A stretch of 64,000 nucleotides of DNA, from contig CAJWSW010000007.1 in the NCBI GenBank assembly GCA_913046035.1, forward strand, positions 5,116-69,115. The letters run 5' to 3'. Position numbers and translations under genes: made by a program. The notes under the pieces are model-generated. The model made no database searches, was not told where the DNA came from, and was given only the letters and a program-made list of their open reading frames with translations. This stretch comes from an uncultured Alphaproteobacteria bacterium (lineage in GTDB: Bacteria > Pseudomonadota > Alphaproteobacteria > MPNO01 > UBA830). Positions 1 through 10,549 of this stretch are shown here, one piece after another (position 1 is the first letter of the stretch; each line of letters begins with the position of its first letter).

Positions 1-131
1 AGCGCCGAAGTTCGCAGCAAATATGGGCGTAGAAACTTACTGTTAGCCAATGCCGAATAACGCATAGCTCTAAAAAGTTTGCTTTCCCGGCCTTTAGGCT
101 GCGGCAAAAGATTATCCAGGGTTACGATCAT
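1..131 (-). CDS. ispA: Farnesyl diphosphate synthase, N-terminal fragment (gene continues beyond the window start)
   Basis: Reverse-strand translation from the ATG at 131..129 gives MIVTLDNLLPQPKGRESKLFRAMRYSALANSKFLRPYLL. This resembles the IspA N-terminus (E. coli ...QYGALLGGKRLRPFLV). It lies downstream of xseB, as in the classical xseB-ispA operon. Confidence 0.5.
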   Translation of the reverse strand, partial: MIVTLDNLLPQPKGRESKLFRAMRYSALANSKFLRPYLLRTSA

Positions 132-183
132 CGTAGGACCGAAATCCGCCAGCGCCACTTCCACAGGCTTTATTGTTAGCACG

Positions 184-432
184 TCACTCAAGGTCTGCAG
201 ACCTCACTGCCGCCTCGCCATCTCCGTCTAGCGAAATTTTCTCCACCTTAGACTGCGCTTCTTTAAGTTTTTTTTCACAGTGGACTTTAAGTTGCGCGCC
301 GCGCTCATAAGCGCTTATTGCTTCTTCCAGTTTGCCTTTACCGCCCTCAAGAGCCCGAACAATGGCCTCGAGCTCTTCGAGTGCTTCCTCAAACGACATC
401 TCTGAAATTTCCCGCAGTTCACCAACCATCAT
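184..432 (-). CDS. xseB: Exodeoxyribonuclease VII small subunit
   Basis: About 82 aa, MMVGELREISEMSFEEALEELEAIVRALEGG..., a typical XseB coiled-coil signature. The ORF track extends to 501, but the internal Met at 432 fits the XseB family length. Confidence 0.8.
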   Translation of the reverse strand: MMVGELREISEMSFEEALEELEAIVRALEGGKGKLEEAISAYERGAQLKVHCEKKLKEAQSKVEKISLDGDGEAAVRSADLE

Positions 433-544
433 TTTTACCCTTGTATACAAATAAAAGATTAATAGCGCGGAAGGGTTATGGCAAACCGACCCGCAAATCA
501 CTCGCGAATCAAAGTCCTGAAAAGTCGGTAAATGGGAATTCGGT

Positions 545-1468
545 TCAGGTCATTAAGGCCGAAACATGCGCCTGCACACTGTTTCCCAATGCTTCCAAGT
601 CATAGCCACCCTCGAGGGTTGAAACTAACCGACCACAAGCGAATTCTTGAGCAACTTTTTTCAATTCTGCGGTTGCCCACTCAAAATCCTCTTCCTCAAA
701 CCGCAGCGACGCCAGTGGATCGAGGACATGGGCGTCAAAACCGGCAGAAATAAAAACAATATTAGGCTGAAACGATCGGACCGCTGGCAGGATGTAATCC
801 TCAAGAGCCTGGCGAAATTTTGGACCACCATCACCAGCGTCAAGCGGAGCGTTGAATATATTTCCCACGCCCGTCTCTTCGGCTGCACCAGTTCCAGGAT
901 AATATGGATATTGATGCGAGGAGGCGAACAAAGTGTTGGGATCAGACTTGAATGCTGCCTGTGTACCATTACCATGATGAACGTCAAAATCGACGATCGC
1001 GACCCGCTCTAATCCATGAACAATACGAGCATGAAGGGCGCCGATAGCAACGTTATTAAAGAAACAGAACCCCATACCATTGCCCGGTTCTGCATGATGA
1101 CCAGGCGGGCGAATGGCACAAAACGCATTATCGGCGTCTCCAGAGGCCACCGTATCAACGGCCGCAATTATTGCACCTGCTGCGTGCAATGCGGCATCTC
1201 CCGTACAAGGGGACATTACTGTATCGGCATCAAGCCGAGCAAATCCGTCCTCTGGTATATTATTAAGCACTAAGTCGACATAACGACTATCGTGGACACG
1301 TACTAGCTGATCTTTCGTGGCGCGGGGCGCTTCATGCCGGATTAGCGCTGACCAAGAGTCTCCTGCAAGCGCCTCATTTACCGCCTCAATGCGAGCAATC
1401 CGTTCCGGATGGCCGGCGCTCGTATCGTGCTTTAGGGAGCTGGGATGCGTGTAAAGGGCAGTGTTCAT
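545..1468 (-). CDS. Histone deacetylase-family protein (AcuC / acetylpolyamine amidohydrolase-like)
   Basis: 307 aa with HDAC-fold motifs: PPGHHA, DFDVHHGNGTQ, SAGFDAH. Confidence 0.8.
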   Translation of the reverse strand: MNTALYTHPSSLKHDTSAGHPERIARIEAVNEALAGDSWSALIRHEAPRATKDQLVRVHDSRYVDLVLNNIPEDGFARLDADTVMSPCTGDAALHAAGAIIAAVDTVASGDADNAFCAIRPPGHHAEPGNGMGFCFFNNVAIGALHARIVHGLERVAIVDFDVHHGNGTQAAFKSDPNTLFASSHQYPYYPGTGAAEETGVGNIFNAPLDAGDGGPKFRQALEDYILPAVRSFQPNIVFISAGFDAHVLDPLASLRFEEEDFEWATAELKKVAQEFACGRLVSTLEGGYDLEALGNSVQAHVSALMT

Positions 1469-1493
1469 AAGGGAATTCTCCGATACGGATTAC

Positions 1494-2303
1494 TCATACA
1501 GGCCGATAAAAGTGCCAGTCTCTTATTGGTATTTGAGCTTCTGTGTCCACCGATTTGATCAAAGCACGATATGGCCGATACAGCGTGCGAGAAGTCAGGA
1601 TCTGAAAAAGCCGCAATTTTTTGGTTTGTCGATACATTTTGTAATCAACCTCCGTGTACCCGTAATACCTTTTCAAAAGTCGGATAGCCGCGCGGACAGA
1701 AGGCATGAAGCTATCGTCAAAAACAATTGCCCCACCAGTGCGAAGCATCTGATTAATGTAATACAACTCCATCATTAAGTGGTCTAAGGTCTTCCAGCCA
1801 TCCATAAAAATAAAATCAAACTTCTCATTTGCGAGGAAAAGCTCTGGTACCGCGCGATTACTGTTGATTTGTATAAGGCGGTGCCGCGCCGAGAAACCGT
1901 TGTCGGATAATAATTTTTTCCCCCTCGTCGCGTCTTTTCCCACATCTAGGCATACCGAGGTGACACGACCATCACGGGCCGCCACAGCATTGGACATATA
2001 AAGTGCCGTGCTACCGGTGTGAAATCCCATCTCAAGGCAAGCTTCCCCCTCGATTTCCTGTAAAAGAAGATATAACAAATCCCCTTCTTCCGGATGGCAA
2101 TACGGGTATCCAGGTAAGCGCATCTTTTCAATGGCTTCGCGAATAGGGGCTGTCTCAAGGAGCGGCCGATAACGTAGGTATTCTGCGACGTAACGTTTCA
2201 AAATAAACTGCCGCTGTTTTTGCTGGCTTTGTTTAGTAATCGCATTTACCAGGTTCCTGACAGATAATCTCCACTGTGGTAGGAACATAACATGAGTAGC
2301 CAA
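1494..2303 (-). CDS. Class I SAM-dependent O-methyltransferase (family 3, caffeoyl-CoA OMT-like) with N-terminal extension
   Basis: Gly-rich LEMGFHTGSTALYM SAM-binding motif and FDFIFMDGWK (OMT family 3 DxDK-like motif). Its 5' end overlaps the divergent UbiD start. Confidence 0.6.
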   Translation of the reverse strand: MATHVMFLPQWRLSVRNLVNAITKQSQQKQRQFILKRYVAEYLRYRPLLETAPIREAIEKMRLPGYPYCHPEEGDLLYLLLQEIEGEACLEMGFHTGSTALYMSNAVAARDGRVTSVCLDVGKDATRGKKLLSDNGFSARHRLIQINSNRAVPELFLANEKFDFIFMDGWKTLDHLMMELYYINQMLRTGGAIVFDDSFMPSVRAAIRLLKRYYGYTEVDYKMYRQTKKLRLFQILTSRTLYRPYRALIKSVDTEAQIPIRDWHFYRPV

Positions 2304-3773
2304 GTAGACATAGAAGCAGCTGGGTCGAACGCAGGTTGTGTTCTGGAATACGATGACCTTCGAGACTGGCTATCAGCCGTCGAAGCGAAGGGGGATTTGA
2401 AGGTTGTAACTGGGGCCAACTGGCACACCGATATTGGGCAGGTAGTCGAAGTGATGTGTCACGACGAGGGCACGCCGTCCGTGCTGTTCGATCAGGTCGA
2501 GGGGTGCCCGTCTGGGTTTCGCATACTAATCAACTGGTTCACCGGCTCGCGCAAGAACCTGACGTTGGGTTTCCCGGAAAGCTTTGACAAATTAGAACTC
2601 TCGCGTGGTTACCACGCACACACTACAAATATGAAACCTGTGCGACACGAAATTGTTGACACCGGGCCTGTGCTGGAGAATGTCCTTGAGGGTGACAATA
2701 TTGACGTCACCAAGTTTCCGGCGCCGCTTTGGAACCCGGAAGATGGGGGCCGTTACATAGGTACTGGCTGTTTCAATATCACCCGCGACCCCGAAACTAA
2801 CTGGATCAATTGCGGTACCTATCGCGTTATGATCCACGATGAAAAACGCGTTGGGCTTTATATTTCGCCCGGAAAACATGGACGAATTCACCGCGAAAAA
2901 TACATGGCTAAGGGAGAACCCATGCCAGTTTGCATCGTTGTCGGGACGGATCCACTGTCCTTCCTAACCTCCTCAACCGAGGTACCGGAAGGAATGTGCG
3001 AACTTGACATGATGGGTGCATATCGGGGGAAGCCAATCCAATGCGTCACAGGCAAACATACTGGGTTGCCCTTCCCCGCTAATTCCGAAGTCGTGATTGA
3101 GGGTTTTATCCATCCAGGTAACACCGAAAGAGAAGGTCCCTTTGGTGAATGGTTGGGATATCAAGGAAGTGCAATGGAGGCAGAGCCTTGGGTCGATATC
3201 TCAGCAATTTACCATCGAAACGATCCCATCTTGCTCGGCGCAGCGCATATCAGGCTGCCTTATGAATATGCGCGCTACCGCGCAATTAGCCGGTCTGCCG
3301 TTCTAAAAGAAAGCATGGCCAAGGCAGGCGTTCCTGACGTAACGGAGGTATGGGCACATGAAGTTGGCGGCTCGCGCTTGTTTCTTGCAGTTGCAATTAA
3401 ACAACGTTACCCCGGCCATGCCGTTCAGGCTGGCCACATCGCCGCTATGTGTCACGCGGGTGCGTATCTCGGCCGGTTCGTTATAGTTGTCGATGAGGAC
3501 GTCAACGTTACCGATCTGGAAGAAGTCATTTGGGCCGCCTGCACGCGATGCGATCCAGTTTCCAATATCAATTTTATCGAGAACGCTTGGTCATCAGCAT
3601 TAGATCCTATCCTCTCCCCACAGGACCGAAAGGACGGAAAGCTGTACAATAGTCGCGCAATCATTGATGCTTGCCGCCCGTTTCATTGGAAAGACGATTT
3701 CCAGAAGGTCAATGCCCCTTCACCAGAGGCGCGCCGAGAGGCTTGGGACCGATGGGCGCATTTACGAGAATGA
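2292..3773 (+). CDS. UbiD-family (prFMN-dependent) reversible decarboxylase
   Basis: 493 aa, full-length UbiD/3-octaprenyl-4-hydroxybenzoate carboxy-lyase family architecture (WHTDIGQ..., GTGCFNITRDPETNWINCGTYR, EGPFGEWLGY). Confidence 0.8.
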   Translation: MSSQVDIEAAGSNAGCVLEYDDLRDWLSAVEAKGDLKVVTGANWHTDIGQVVEVMCHDEGTPSVLFDQVEGCPSGFRILINWFTGSRKNLTLGFPESFDKLELSRGYHAHTTNMKPVRHEIVDTGPVLENVLEGDNIDVTKFPAPLWNPEDGGRYIGTGCFNITRDPETNWINCGTYRVMIHDEKRVGLYISPGKHGRIHREKYMAKGEPMPVCIVVGTDPLSFLTSSTEVPEGMCELDMMGAYRGKPIQCVTGKHTGLPFPANSEVVIEGFIHPGNTEREGPFGEWLGYQGSAMEAEPWVDISAIYHRNDPILLGAAHIRLPYEYARYRAISRSAVLKESMAKAGVPDVTEVWAHEVGGSRLFLAVAIKQRYPGHAVQAGHIAAMCHAGAYLGRFVIVVDEDVNVTDLEEVIWAACTRCDPVSNINFIENAWSSALDPILSPQDRKDGKLYNSRAIIDACRPFHWKDDFQKVNAPSPEARREAWDRWAHLRE

Positions 3774-3898
3774 CCTCAGACTTTCCAGTGCTGGATCCCG
3801 AATTTTTATTTACGTTTGGTCAAGTTTTCTAAGAGATTGAAATTATCTGATACATGCATCCCGCCTCCGATAGCAAGACGAGGCAAGCTGCCTGTTGA

Positions 3899-6220
3899 TT
3901 ACGCGGCCTCTTTTATCGTCTTCCAGATACGCTGAGGTGTTGCCGGCATGTCGATGTGAGTAATCCCGAGCGGTTTGAGCGCGTCGACTATAGCGTTGAT
4001 TGTTGCGGGAAGGGCGCCGGTGGGCCCTGATTCTCCGCCACCCTTCGCGCCAATCAAATTTGAGTTTGTGATCGTCGGCGCGCTAACGATCTCCATCAGG
4101 CAAGTATCATCGGCGCGAGGTAGTGCGTAGTCCAGCAGGGATCCAGATATTAACTGCGCATCGGCATCGTAAGCGATATCCTCCATCAGCGCTTGTCCGA
4201 TACCCTGCACAATGCCGCCGTGCATCTGGGCCTTAAGCAATAACGGGTTGATTACAGTACCAACGTCGTCAACGCAAACGAAGTTGACGATATTCGTCTC
4301 ACCAGTCTCGGGATCGATTTCCAACTCACAAACCTGCACACCGGTTGGCCAATTCCAATATTGCGGAACAAAAGTTCCGATTTCATTCAGACCCGGCTCA
4401 ATGTCAGGCGGAAGCTTTGCAGGTTGATACGCGGAAGCCGCCACCTCTAATATGTTTAAGGTGCGATCAGTGCCGCTCACCGTGAAAACACCGGCTTCGA
4501 AGTCGATATCATCCTCGGGAGCCTCGAATAAGTGTGCCGCGATCCGCGTCGCTTTCTCTATAGTCTTGTCACAAGCCAGAGAGACAGCCGAGCCACCTAT
4601 AGACATAGACCGCGAATTAAACGTGCCGCGTCCATAAGTAACAATATCGGTGTCGCCCTGCACATAACGGATTATCGAAGGATCAAGACCAAGCCGATCA
4701 CAGACAATTTGTTTAAAGACAGTCTCATGCCCTTGGCCATGACTGATTGTTCCCATGATCAGCGTGACCGTGCCAGACGGATCAAATCGCACACTTCCGG
4801 ACTCCGGAAATGGAGAGGAGGTTTTCTTCACAGTATTGGAAATACCCAGTCCACGCAGTCTGCCACGCGCAATCGCCTCGGAGCGCCGAGCCTCAAAGCG
4901 GTCATAATCAGCAGCATTTAATGCCTTATCCATGTTTCCGGTGAAGTCTCCACAGTCATAGGTAAAGCCGAGCGCGTTAGTCCATGGCATTTGCTCAGAC
5001 GTGACGCTATTTTTTTGACGTATTTCCGCGGGATCCATGTCCAGTTCACGTGCAGCCATATCGATAATGCGTTCGCCTAGGTAGGCGGCCTCCGGCGCAC
5101 CGGCACCGCGATAAGGGTTAGTCGGTACCGTGTTCGTAAAAACTCCAGTAATAGAGACGTGAACAGCTGGCGTGCGGTAGGTGCCAGCCAGGGTGCCCAG
5201 ATTATTTGTGGGCGGACGCGGGCCGCGTATTGCAAGATATGCGCCCATTGCTGCCAAGGTCTTAACGCGGAGACCAAGGAAATAACCGTCTTTGTCCAGC
5301 GCCAGCTCGACCTCGCTTACATTATCACGCCCATGAGTATCAGACATAAAGCCTTCAGACCGATTTGCTCTCCACTTTACAGGGCGCTGAATTAACCGCG
5401 ATGCCCACAACACAAGTAGCAATTCATTATAGGTTCCCCCGCGCATCCCAAAGCTTCCGCCGACATCACCGGAAATCACTCGGACTGAAGTTTCGGAAAT
5501 TCCGAAAACCTGCCGCGCAATCTGATAGCGCAGCGGGTGTGGGTTCTGTAGGCCGGTGTATATCGTGTAGCGTTCGTGGCGTGGGTCGTAATCTCCAATG
5601 CAGCCCCGCGGCTCCATTGCAACCGCCGTAACGCGGTTGTTCACGAGTTTTTTACGAACCACGTGGGTAGCCTGCGCAAACGCAGACGCCACAGCATCTG
5701 CGTCCCCTTTCTGCTCTACAAAAGATATATTGCCCGGACAATCAGACCAAACGAGCGGTGCGTCCGGCAACACAGCCTCTTCGAGGTGAGCAACCGCTGT
5801 CAGTGGTTCGTACTCAATCAAGATGAGATCCGCCGCGTCCTGGGCTTGCGTTGCCGTCTCAGCGACGACGAAGGCAACAGGATCACCAACCATCTTCACC
5901 TGATTTGCAACCAGCGCGGGGTGATAGGGATGATAAATAGGGGAACCGTCAGGTCGTTTCTTTGTCGCGTCCTCACAAGGGAGGCTACCATAGTTTTCTG
6001 CCTCCCAGTCGATACCAGTTAAAACCTTTAATACGCCCGGCGCGGCCTCGGCTGCGGTAGTATCGATCGTTAAAATATTTGCTTTTGCATGCGGTGAGCG
6101 GAGCACAAAGCCCCACGCTTGACCTCTTAGATTAACGTCGTCCAAAAACTCGCCCCGGCCAGTCAAAAGTCTTGGATCTTCTTCTCGCGGCACGGATTGA
6201 CCGACTGCAAACTCTCCCAT
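3899..6220 (-). CDS. Xanthine dehydrogenase / aerobic CO dehydrogenase family molybdopterin-binding large subunit (orphan)
   Basis: 773 aa with GGSFG, NPYRGAGAPE (form-II CoxL-like AYRGAGR motif) and a C-terminal DDVGTVINP block. No adjacent S or M subunit genes. Confidence 0.8.
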   Translation of the reverse strand: MGEFAVGQSVPREEDPRLLTGRGEFLDDVNLRGQAWGFVLRSPHAKANILTIDTTAAEAAPGVLKVLTGIDWEAENYGSLPCEDATKKRPDGSPIYHPYHPALVANQVKMVGDPVAFVVAETATQAQDAADLILIEYEPLTAVAHLEEAVLPDAPLVWSDCPGNISFVEQKGDADAVASAFAQATHVVRKKLVNNRVTAVAMEPRGCIGDYDPRHERYTIYTGLQNPHPLRYQIARQVFGISETSVRVISGDVGGSFGMRGGTYNELLLVLWASRLIQRPVKWRANRSEGFMSDTHGRDNVSEVELALDKDGYFLGLRVKTLAAMGAYLAIRGPRPPTNNLGTLAGTYRTPAVHVSITGVFTNTVPTNPYRGAGAPEAAYLGERIIDMAARELDMDPAEIRQKNSVTSEQMPWTNALGFTYDCGDFTGNMDKALNAADYDRFEARRSEAIARGRLRGLGISNTVKKTSSPFPESGSVRFDPSGTVTLIMGTISHGQGHETVFKQIVCDRLGLDPSIIRYVQGDTDIVTYGRGTFNSRSMSIGGSAVSLACDKTIEKATRIAAHLFEAPEDDIDFEAGVFTVSGTDRTLNILEVAASAYQPAKLPPDIEPGLNEIGTFVPQYWNWPTGVQVCELEIDPETGETNIVNFVCVDDVGTVINPLLLKAQMHGGIVQGIGQALMEDIAYDADAQLISGSLLDYALPRADDTCLMEIVSAPTITNSNLIGAKGGGESGPTGALPATINAIVDALKPLGITHIDMPATPQRIWKTIKEAA

Positions 6221-6402
6221 CCCTTACATCCAATAAAATAACAATTTTAGTTCAAAAACGATGACTTAGCCCTTTAATTTCGGTATGTCGCCAAAGCAAT
6301 TAAGTGGCTTCAACCAGATTTTGTAATTTAGAACCGGCAAAAACCGGATAAGCACCAACTAACGGAACCCGGTATATAGGGCCTGCTTCAAATTTAAAAA
6401 GC

Positions 6403-7410
6403 TCAGCCCACCCGTCGCATAGGCGTTGGTTGCCCCATCGCATCTGCCAGCAATTCAAATGACCGCACCCGCGCTTCATGATCCCATATGGCGGCGGCAA
6501 CCACCAATTCATCGGCACCAGTGGCATCGATCAATGGAGCGAGCTTTTCGGGAATACTCTCAGGCGTGCCGTAAAATGAGCATGCCAGCATTGAAGAGGC
6601 CTGCACTTTCTCCTGCGGCGACCAGAAATCCTCAATATCGTCGATTGGCTTAGGCAACTTTCCGCGTGTGCCACGCAACATTCGAGTAGAGTTCTGTTGT
6701 GGCGAAGTGAACAGACGTTTGGCCTCTGCTTCCGTCTCGGCAACAATCGCATTACACCCAACCATTACATAGGGTTCCGCCAGCTGATCTGACGGTTCGA
6801 ACCGCTCACGGTAAATTTCTATCGCTTGCAGCAACGCCTGTGGCGCGAAGTGGGAAGCGAAAGCATAAGGCAGGCCAAGCATCGCCGCCAACTGCGCGCC
6901 AAATAGGCTTGAACCCAGTATATAGAGCGGTATGTTGGTGTCTTCTCCAGGTATTGCGTGCAACCACTGATTTTCTTGCGGCGGACCAAGCAAAGCCCGT
7001 AATTCAACAACATCTTGCGGAAATCGCTCTGACGATTCTGGTCCGCGCCGAAGCGCCTGCCATGTACGCTGGTCAGTGCCGGGTGCACGCCCCAGTCCAA
7101 GATCAATGCGTCCAGGGAACAGCGTAGCGAGTGTACCAAACTGTTCGGCAATTACCATTGGCGAATGATTGGGCAACATAATTCCACCCGACCCAACGCG
7201 TATCGTGTTAGTTCCGCCAGCGACATGGCAAATGCAAACAGCCGTTGCGGCACTCGCAATGCCAGAAAGATTATGATGCTCAGCAAGCCAATAGCGGGTA
7301 TAGCCAGCGGCCTCCGCGTGCCGTGCGAGATCAAGTGCGTTAGCGAGTGCGTCGGCCTGGGTAAAACCCTCTCCAATATTAGCGAGGTCGAGTACTGATA
7401 AATTAACCAT
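6403..7410 (-). CDS. LLM-class (luciferase-like) flavin-dependent oxidoreductase
   Basis: 335 aa, ...[22 protein letters not shown]... TIM-barrel luciferase-like monooxygenase signature. Confidence 0.75.
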   Translation of the reverse strand: MVNLSVLDLANIGEGFTQADALANALDLARHAEAAGYTRYWLAEHHNLSGIASAATAVCICHVAGGTNTIRVGSGGIMLPNHSPMVIAEQFGTLATLFPGRIDLGLGRAPGTDQRTWQALRRGPESSERFPQDVVELRALLGPPQENQWLHAIPGEDTNIPLYILGSSLFGAQLAAMLGLPYAFASHFAPQALLQAIEIYRERFEPSDQLAEPYVMVGCNAIVAETEAEAKRLFTSPQQNSTRMLRGTRGKLPKPIDDIEDFWSPQEKVQASSMLACSFYGTPESIPEKLAPLIDATGADELVVAAAIWDHEARVRSFELLADAMGQPTPMRRVG

Positions 7411-7633
7411 AAATATAACCTAACTCAAAAGTAGATTGTCCGCCACGCGACAAATTGCATGCCAATTGCCTCAAGTTCAAAAATATACAGTGCTATGTAT
7501 TCGACCTTTTATCCAGAAAACAGGAATTAGGTGCCTAAAAAAATCAAAGCGCCGAAAATAAACTCGAGTAAACTGCGGGCGTTGTATCGGTTTAATCAAC
7601 TCTAACGTATTTCGAATTACTTATTGCCCGGTC

Positions 7634-8944
7634 CTACAGTAGTGAGGGCAAGAAGGTTACCAACGGCGGAAATACCGCAAGTGCCACCATACCCAGCAAG
7701 AACAGTGCAACGAATGGCCAAGCTGCATTGAACGCTTCAGAAATTGTCACTTTATCTGCGGCACCTTGAAACGCAAATATTACGTAGCCGAAGGGCGGAG
7801 ATATCCCACCAACCGTCACATTCAGCAGCATAATCAGCCAGAACCAAACCGGATCAAATCCCAACGTCGACAACAACGGTTGGTAAATGGGTATTACCAC
7901 TAACATTAATGCGATTTGGTCGATGAACATGCAAAGGATGAAGGGGATCAACATCATGATAAACAGCATGAGCATCGGTGACCAATCGAGCGAGACAATG
8001 AGATTAGTTAGCTCTGTGGTGGCACCGGAAAATGCCAAAAGCTGACTGAACATTCTCGAAGATGCCATAATCAGAAGGATCATACTGGTTATGAATGCCG
8101 ACGTCCCGAGCGACTCCACGATCATGGAAAAATTCAGCCGCCGATAGTAGGCTGCCGTTATCAACGAAGCGAGGACCCCGGTCGCTGCAGCTTCAGAGGG
8201 CGTGGCTATACCGAACATTATGAAACCCATCACCGAAAAAATGATAAGACCAAACGGCAAGCAACTTGCTACCGCACGCAGTTTTTCGGCGGTGGGCACC
8301 CTCTCTATAACGTCGTCAGCATCGTCGGGCGCAAGTTCAGGGTTTAGTTTGACCCTCACCATCGTGTAAAGAAGAAACAAACCCGCTAAAAGCAAGCCTG
8401 GGATTATGCCACCAATCAACAAACCTGCAATTGAGGTGTTTGATAACGTTCCGATAACAATGGCAAGAACACTGGGAGGGATGATCGGCGCTAAGCTTGC
8501 GCCAGCCAGCATTGTTCCAATGGAGAGCTTTGTGTCATAGCCGCGATTGCGCATCGTAGGAAAAAGCGTGCGGGCTAACATAGCCGCTACAGCCATCCCG
8601 GAACCCGACAATGCACCAAATACGGTGGAGAGTGAGATAGTCAGCACATACTGCCGACCTTTCATACGCCCCACCAACTTGTCGACTGCGTCAAACAGAA
8701 TATCGACTGAACCAGACCTAAATAATATTTCGGCCATCAGCACGAAAAGCGGGATTGTCGCTAGGTCAGCGTAATTCGCAGTATCAAAGATAGAATTTGC
8801 GACCATGCCAAAAGCGGCAGGGCCGAGGAAAATTGCAACACCGGCAAGATTGATTACAAGAAATGCAACGAATAACGGTGCCCCGGTCAAAAAGGCGGCC
8901 ATGAGCAATAAAAGCGTCGTAATGAGCGTTGCTTCCCAACCCAT
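7634..8944 (-). CDS. dctM: TRAP transporter large permease
   Basis: 436 aa polytopic membrane protein with DctM-like conserved blocks; immediately downstream of dctQ. Confidence 0.85.
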   Translation of the reverse strand: MGWEATLITTLLLLMAAFLTGAPLFVAFLVINLAGVAIFLGPAAFGMVANSIFDTANYADLATIPLFVLMAEILFRSGSVDILFDAVDKLVGRMKGRQYVLTISLSTVFGALSGSGMAVAAMLARTLFPTMRNRGYDTKLSIGTMLAGASLAPIIPPSVLAIVIGTLSNTSIAGLLIGGIIPGLLLAGLFLLYTMVRVKLNPELAPDDADDVIERVPTAEKLRAVASCLPFGLIIFSVMGFIMFGIATPSEAAATGVLASLITAAYYRRLNFSMIVESLGTSAFITSMILLIMASSRMFSQLLAFSGATTELTNLIVSLDWSPMLMLFIMMLIPFILCMFIDQIALMLVVIPIYQPLLSTLGFDPVWFWLIMLLNVTVGGISPPFGYVIFAFQGAADKVTISEAFNAAWPFVALFLLGMVALAVFPPLVTFLPSLL

Positions 8945-8946
8945 TG

Positions 8947-9474
8947 TCAGCCTTCTCCAAATCCGCCAAGTGCACCCGCCGCTGCGGGATCAATCTTACG
9001 CCAGTCGAGCATCCGCATGAAATGAAGTGTGGAGCTCGCAAAACCAAATGGGATAACCCAAGATATTAGATATTTTGGCACGGGTTCAACTGCCATTATG
9101 TGCACGTCATTTACCCACTGGCGCAGTGTTTCCCCGCCCGTAATCCAGGTTGCCAAACCACAAGCCAAAGCGCCAAGAAGATATGTGAACCATACGGCGG
9201 GGCGAACAGCCGGTTTGGGAAGTATATCGAAGATCAGTGCAACTGCGACGTGTCCTTTTTTCCAAGTGACATAGGGCATCATCATAAAGGTGCCCGCACA
9301 GAGGGAATAAGAAACAGCCTCACTGGCCCACCATTGAGGCGCATTGAAGAAATAACGCGCGAAAACCTCTATAATGTAGGCGCCAAAAATAACGGCTAAA
9401 GCCAAACACCCAAGGTAATAACCGGCCGTGGTGAGGTGGTCATGCCACCGGGTGACTATTGAGAGTGGGTTCAT
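8947..9474 (-). CDS. dctQ: TRAP transporter small permease
   Basis: 175 aa, 4 TM segments, adjacent to dctM and dctP. Confidence 0.8.
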   Translation of the reverse strand: MNPLSIVTRWHDHLTTAGYYLGCLALAVIFGAYIIEVFARYFFNAPQWWASEAVSYSLCAGTFMMMPYVTWKKGHVAVALIFDILPKPAVRPAVWFTYLLGALACGLATWITGGETLRQWVNDVHIMAVEPVPKYLISWVIPFGFASSTLHFMRMLDWRKIDPAAAGALGGFGEG

Positions 9475-9565
9475 AACGTAGCGAAAAATCTCTTACCATT
9501 AAGTGGCAAAAAGAGCACCTCGGCGGGTGAAGCCGCCGAGGTGACTAACCGAACATCAGCAGAAA

Positions 9566-10549
9566 TCAGGGGGAGATCCCTGCTTTTTTTGCCAAGTCCC
9601 GCATCTTTTTTGCGTCATCGCCGCAACACTTTTCGCCGAGAGCCCACAAGCTGTCAGAAAAAGCTTTTTTCATTGCAGCGACCTTATCCGCCGGGATCTG
9701 AGTGATTTTTACCCCGAGCTTCGCAAGCTTAGCATCCTCCTGAGCCTGCAATTCATCCCCAATCCAGGGCATTTGCAGCTCTGTCATCTCGCCAGCTTGT
9801 AACAGAATACCTTTTTCCTCTGCATTCAGCTTTTTCCAGCTATTCATGTTCATGAGGATGGGTAACGTCGAGGTTCCGAACGTCGGACGCACCTTGTACT
9901 TTGCAACTTCGAAATGCTTCATACTGAGCATACCAGCTGCAGGCCATGCAGCGCCATCGACGACCCCTTTTTCAAGGGCGGAATAAACCTGTGAACCCGG
10001 CATAACGACTGGCTCACCACCGAAAAGCTTGATGACGCCGTGGTAAGTCTGAGTGCCACGAATCTTTCGACCGTCCCAAGATCCCCCCTTAATCGGGTCT
10101 TTCAGGAAGATGTGATAACCAGCTGTGCTGCTGGGAGAGATCGCAAGAAGCTTAAGTGAATGTGTTTTCTGATAAAATTTGTCCAATGAGTCCCAAACGC
10201 CAGAAGACCGTTTCCCGACTGGGTCCGCGGTCATAGCGTCGGCAATGGCAGCAAGGCCTTTCGAACCGACATGATAAACGCCATGGGTGAACAAAATATC
10301 GAACACACCAGATTTTACAGGCTGAAGCTGCTCAAAAGGAGGAACAACCTCCGGGCCGCTGATTCTTAGATTTACCTTGTCGCCGCCCACCTTAGCGACA
10401 TTTTTGACGAATGTGTCTAGCACCACATATGTGGGCCAGATGTTTTTGTTCCAACTCGCAAGTACCTTCAAATTTGCAGCAGAAACTGACGTAGCTGTCA
10501 TCATGACCCCAGCCGCAAGTGCAGAGGTAAGTACCGATCGCAATTTCAT
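9566..10549 (-). CDS. dctP: TRAP transporter solute-binding protein (DctP family)
   Basis: 327 aa with an N-terminal signal peptide (MKLRSVLTSALAAGVMMTATSVSAA) and DctP-family length, first gene of a P-Q-M operon. Confidence 0.85.
   Translation of the reverse strand: MKLRSVLTSALAAGVMMTATSVSAANLKVLASWNKNIWPTYVVLDTFVKNVAKVGGDKVNLRISGPEVVPPFEQLQPVKSGVFDILFTHGVYHVGSKGLAAIADAMTADPVGKRSSGVWDSLDKFYQKTHSLKLLAISPSSTAGYHIFLKDPIKGGSWDGRKIRGTQTYHGVIKLFGGEPVVMPGSQVYSALEKGVVDGAAWPAAGMLSMKHFEVAKYKVRPTFGTSTLPILMNMNSWKKLNAEEKGILLQAGEMTELQMPWIGDELQAQEDAKLAKLGVKITQIPADKVAAMKKAFSDSLWALGEKCCGDDAKKMRDLAKKAGISP

Noticed and set aside
647-1273. Several 85-121 aa ORFs on the + strand inside the HDAC-like gene
   Set aside because: They lie fully antisense to a well-supported 307 aa CDS. 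They show no homology signal and are low-complexity, typical shadow ORFs.
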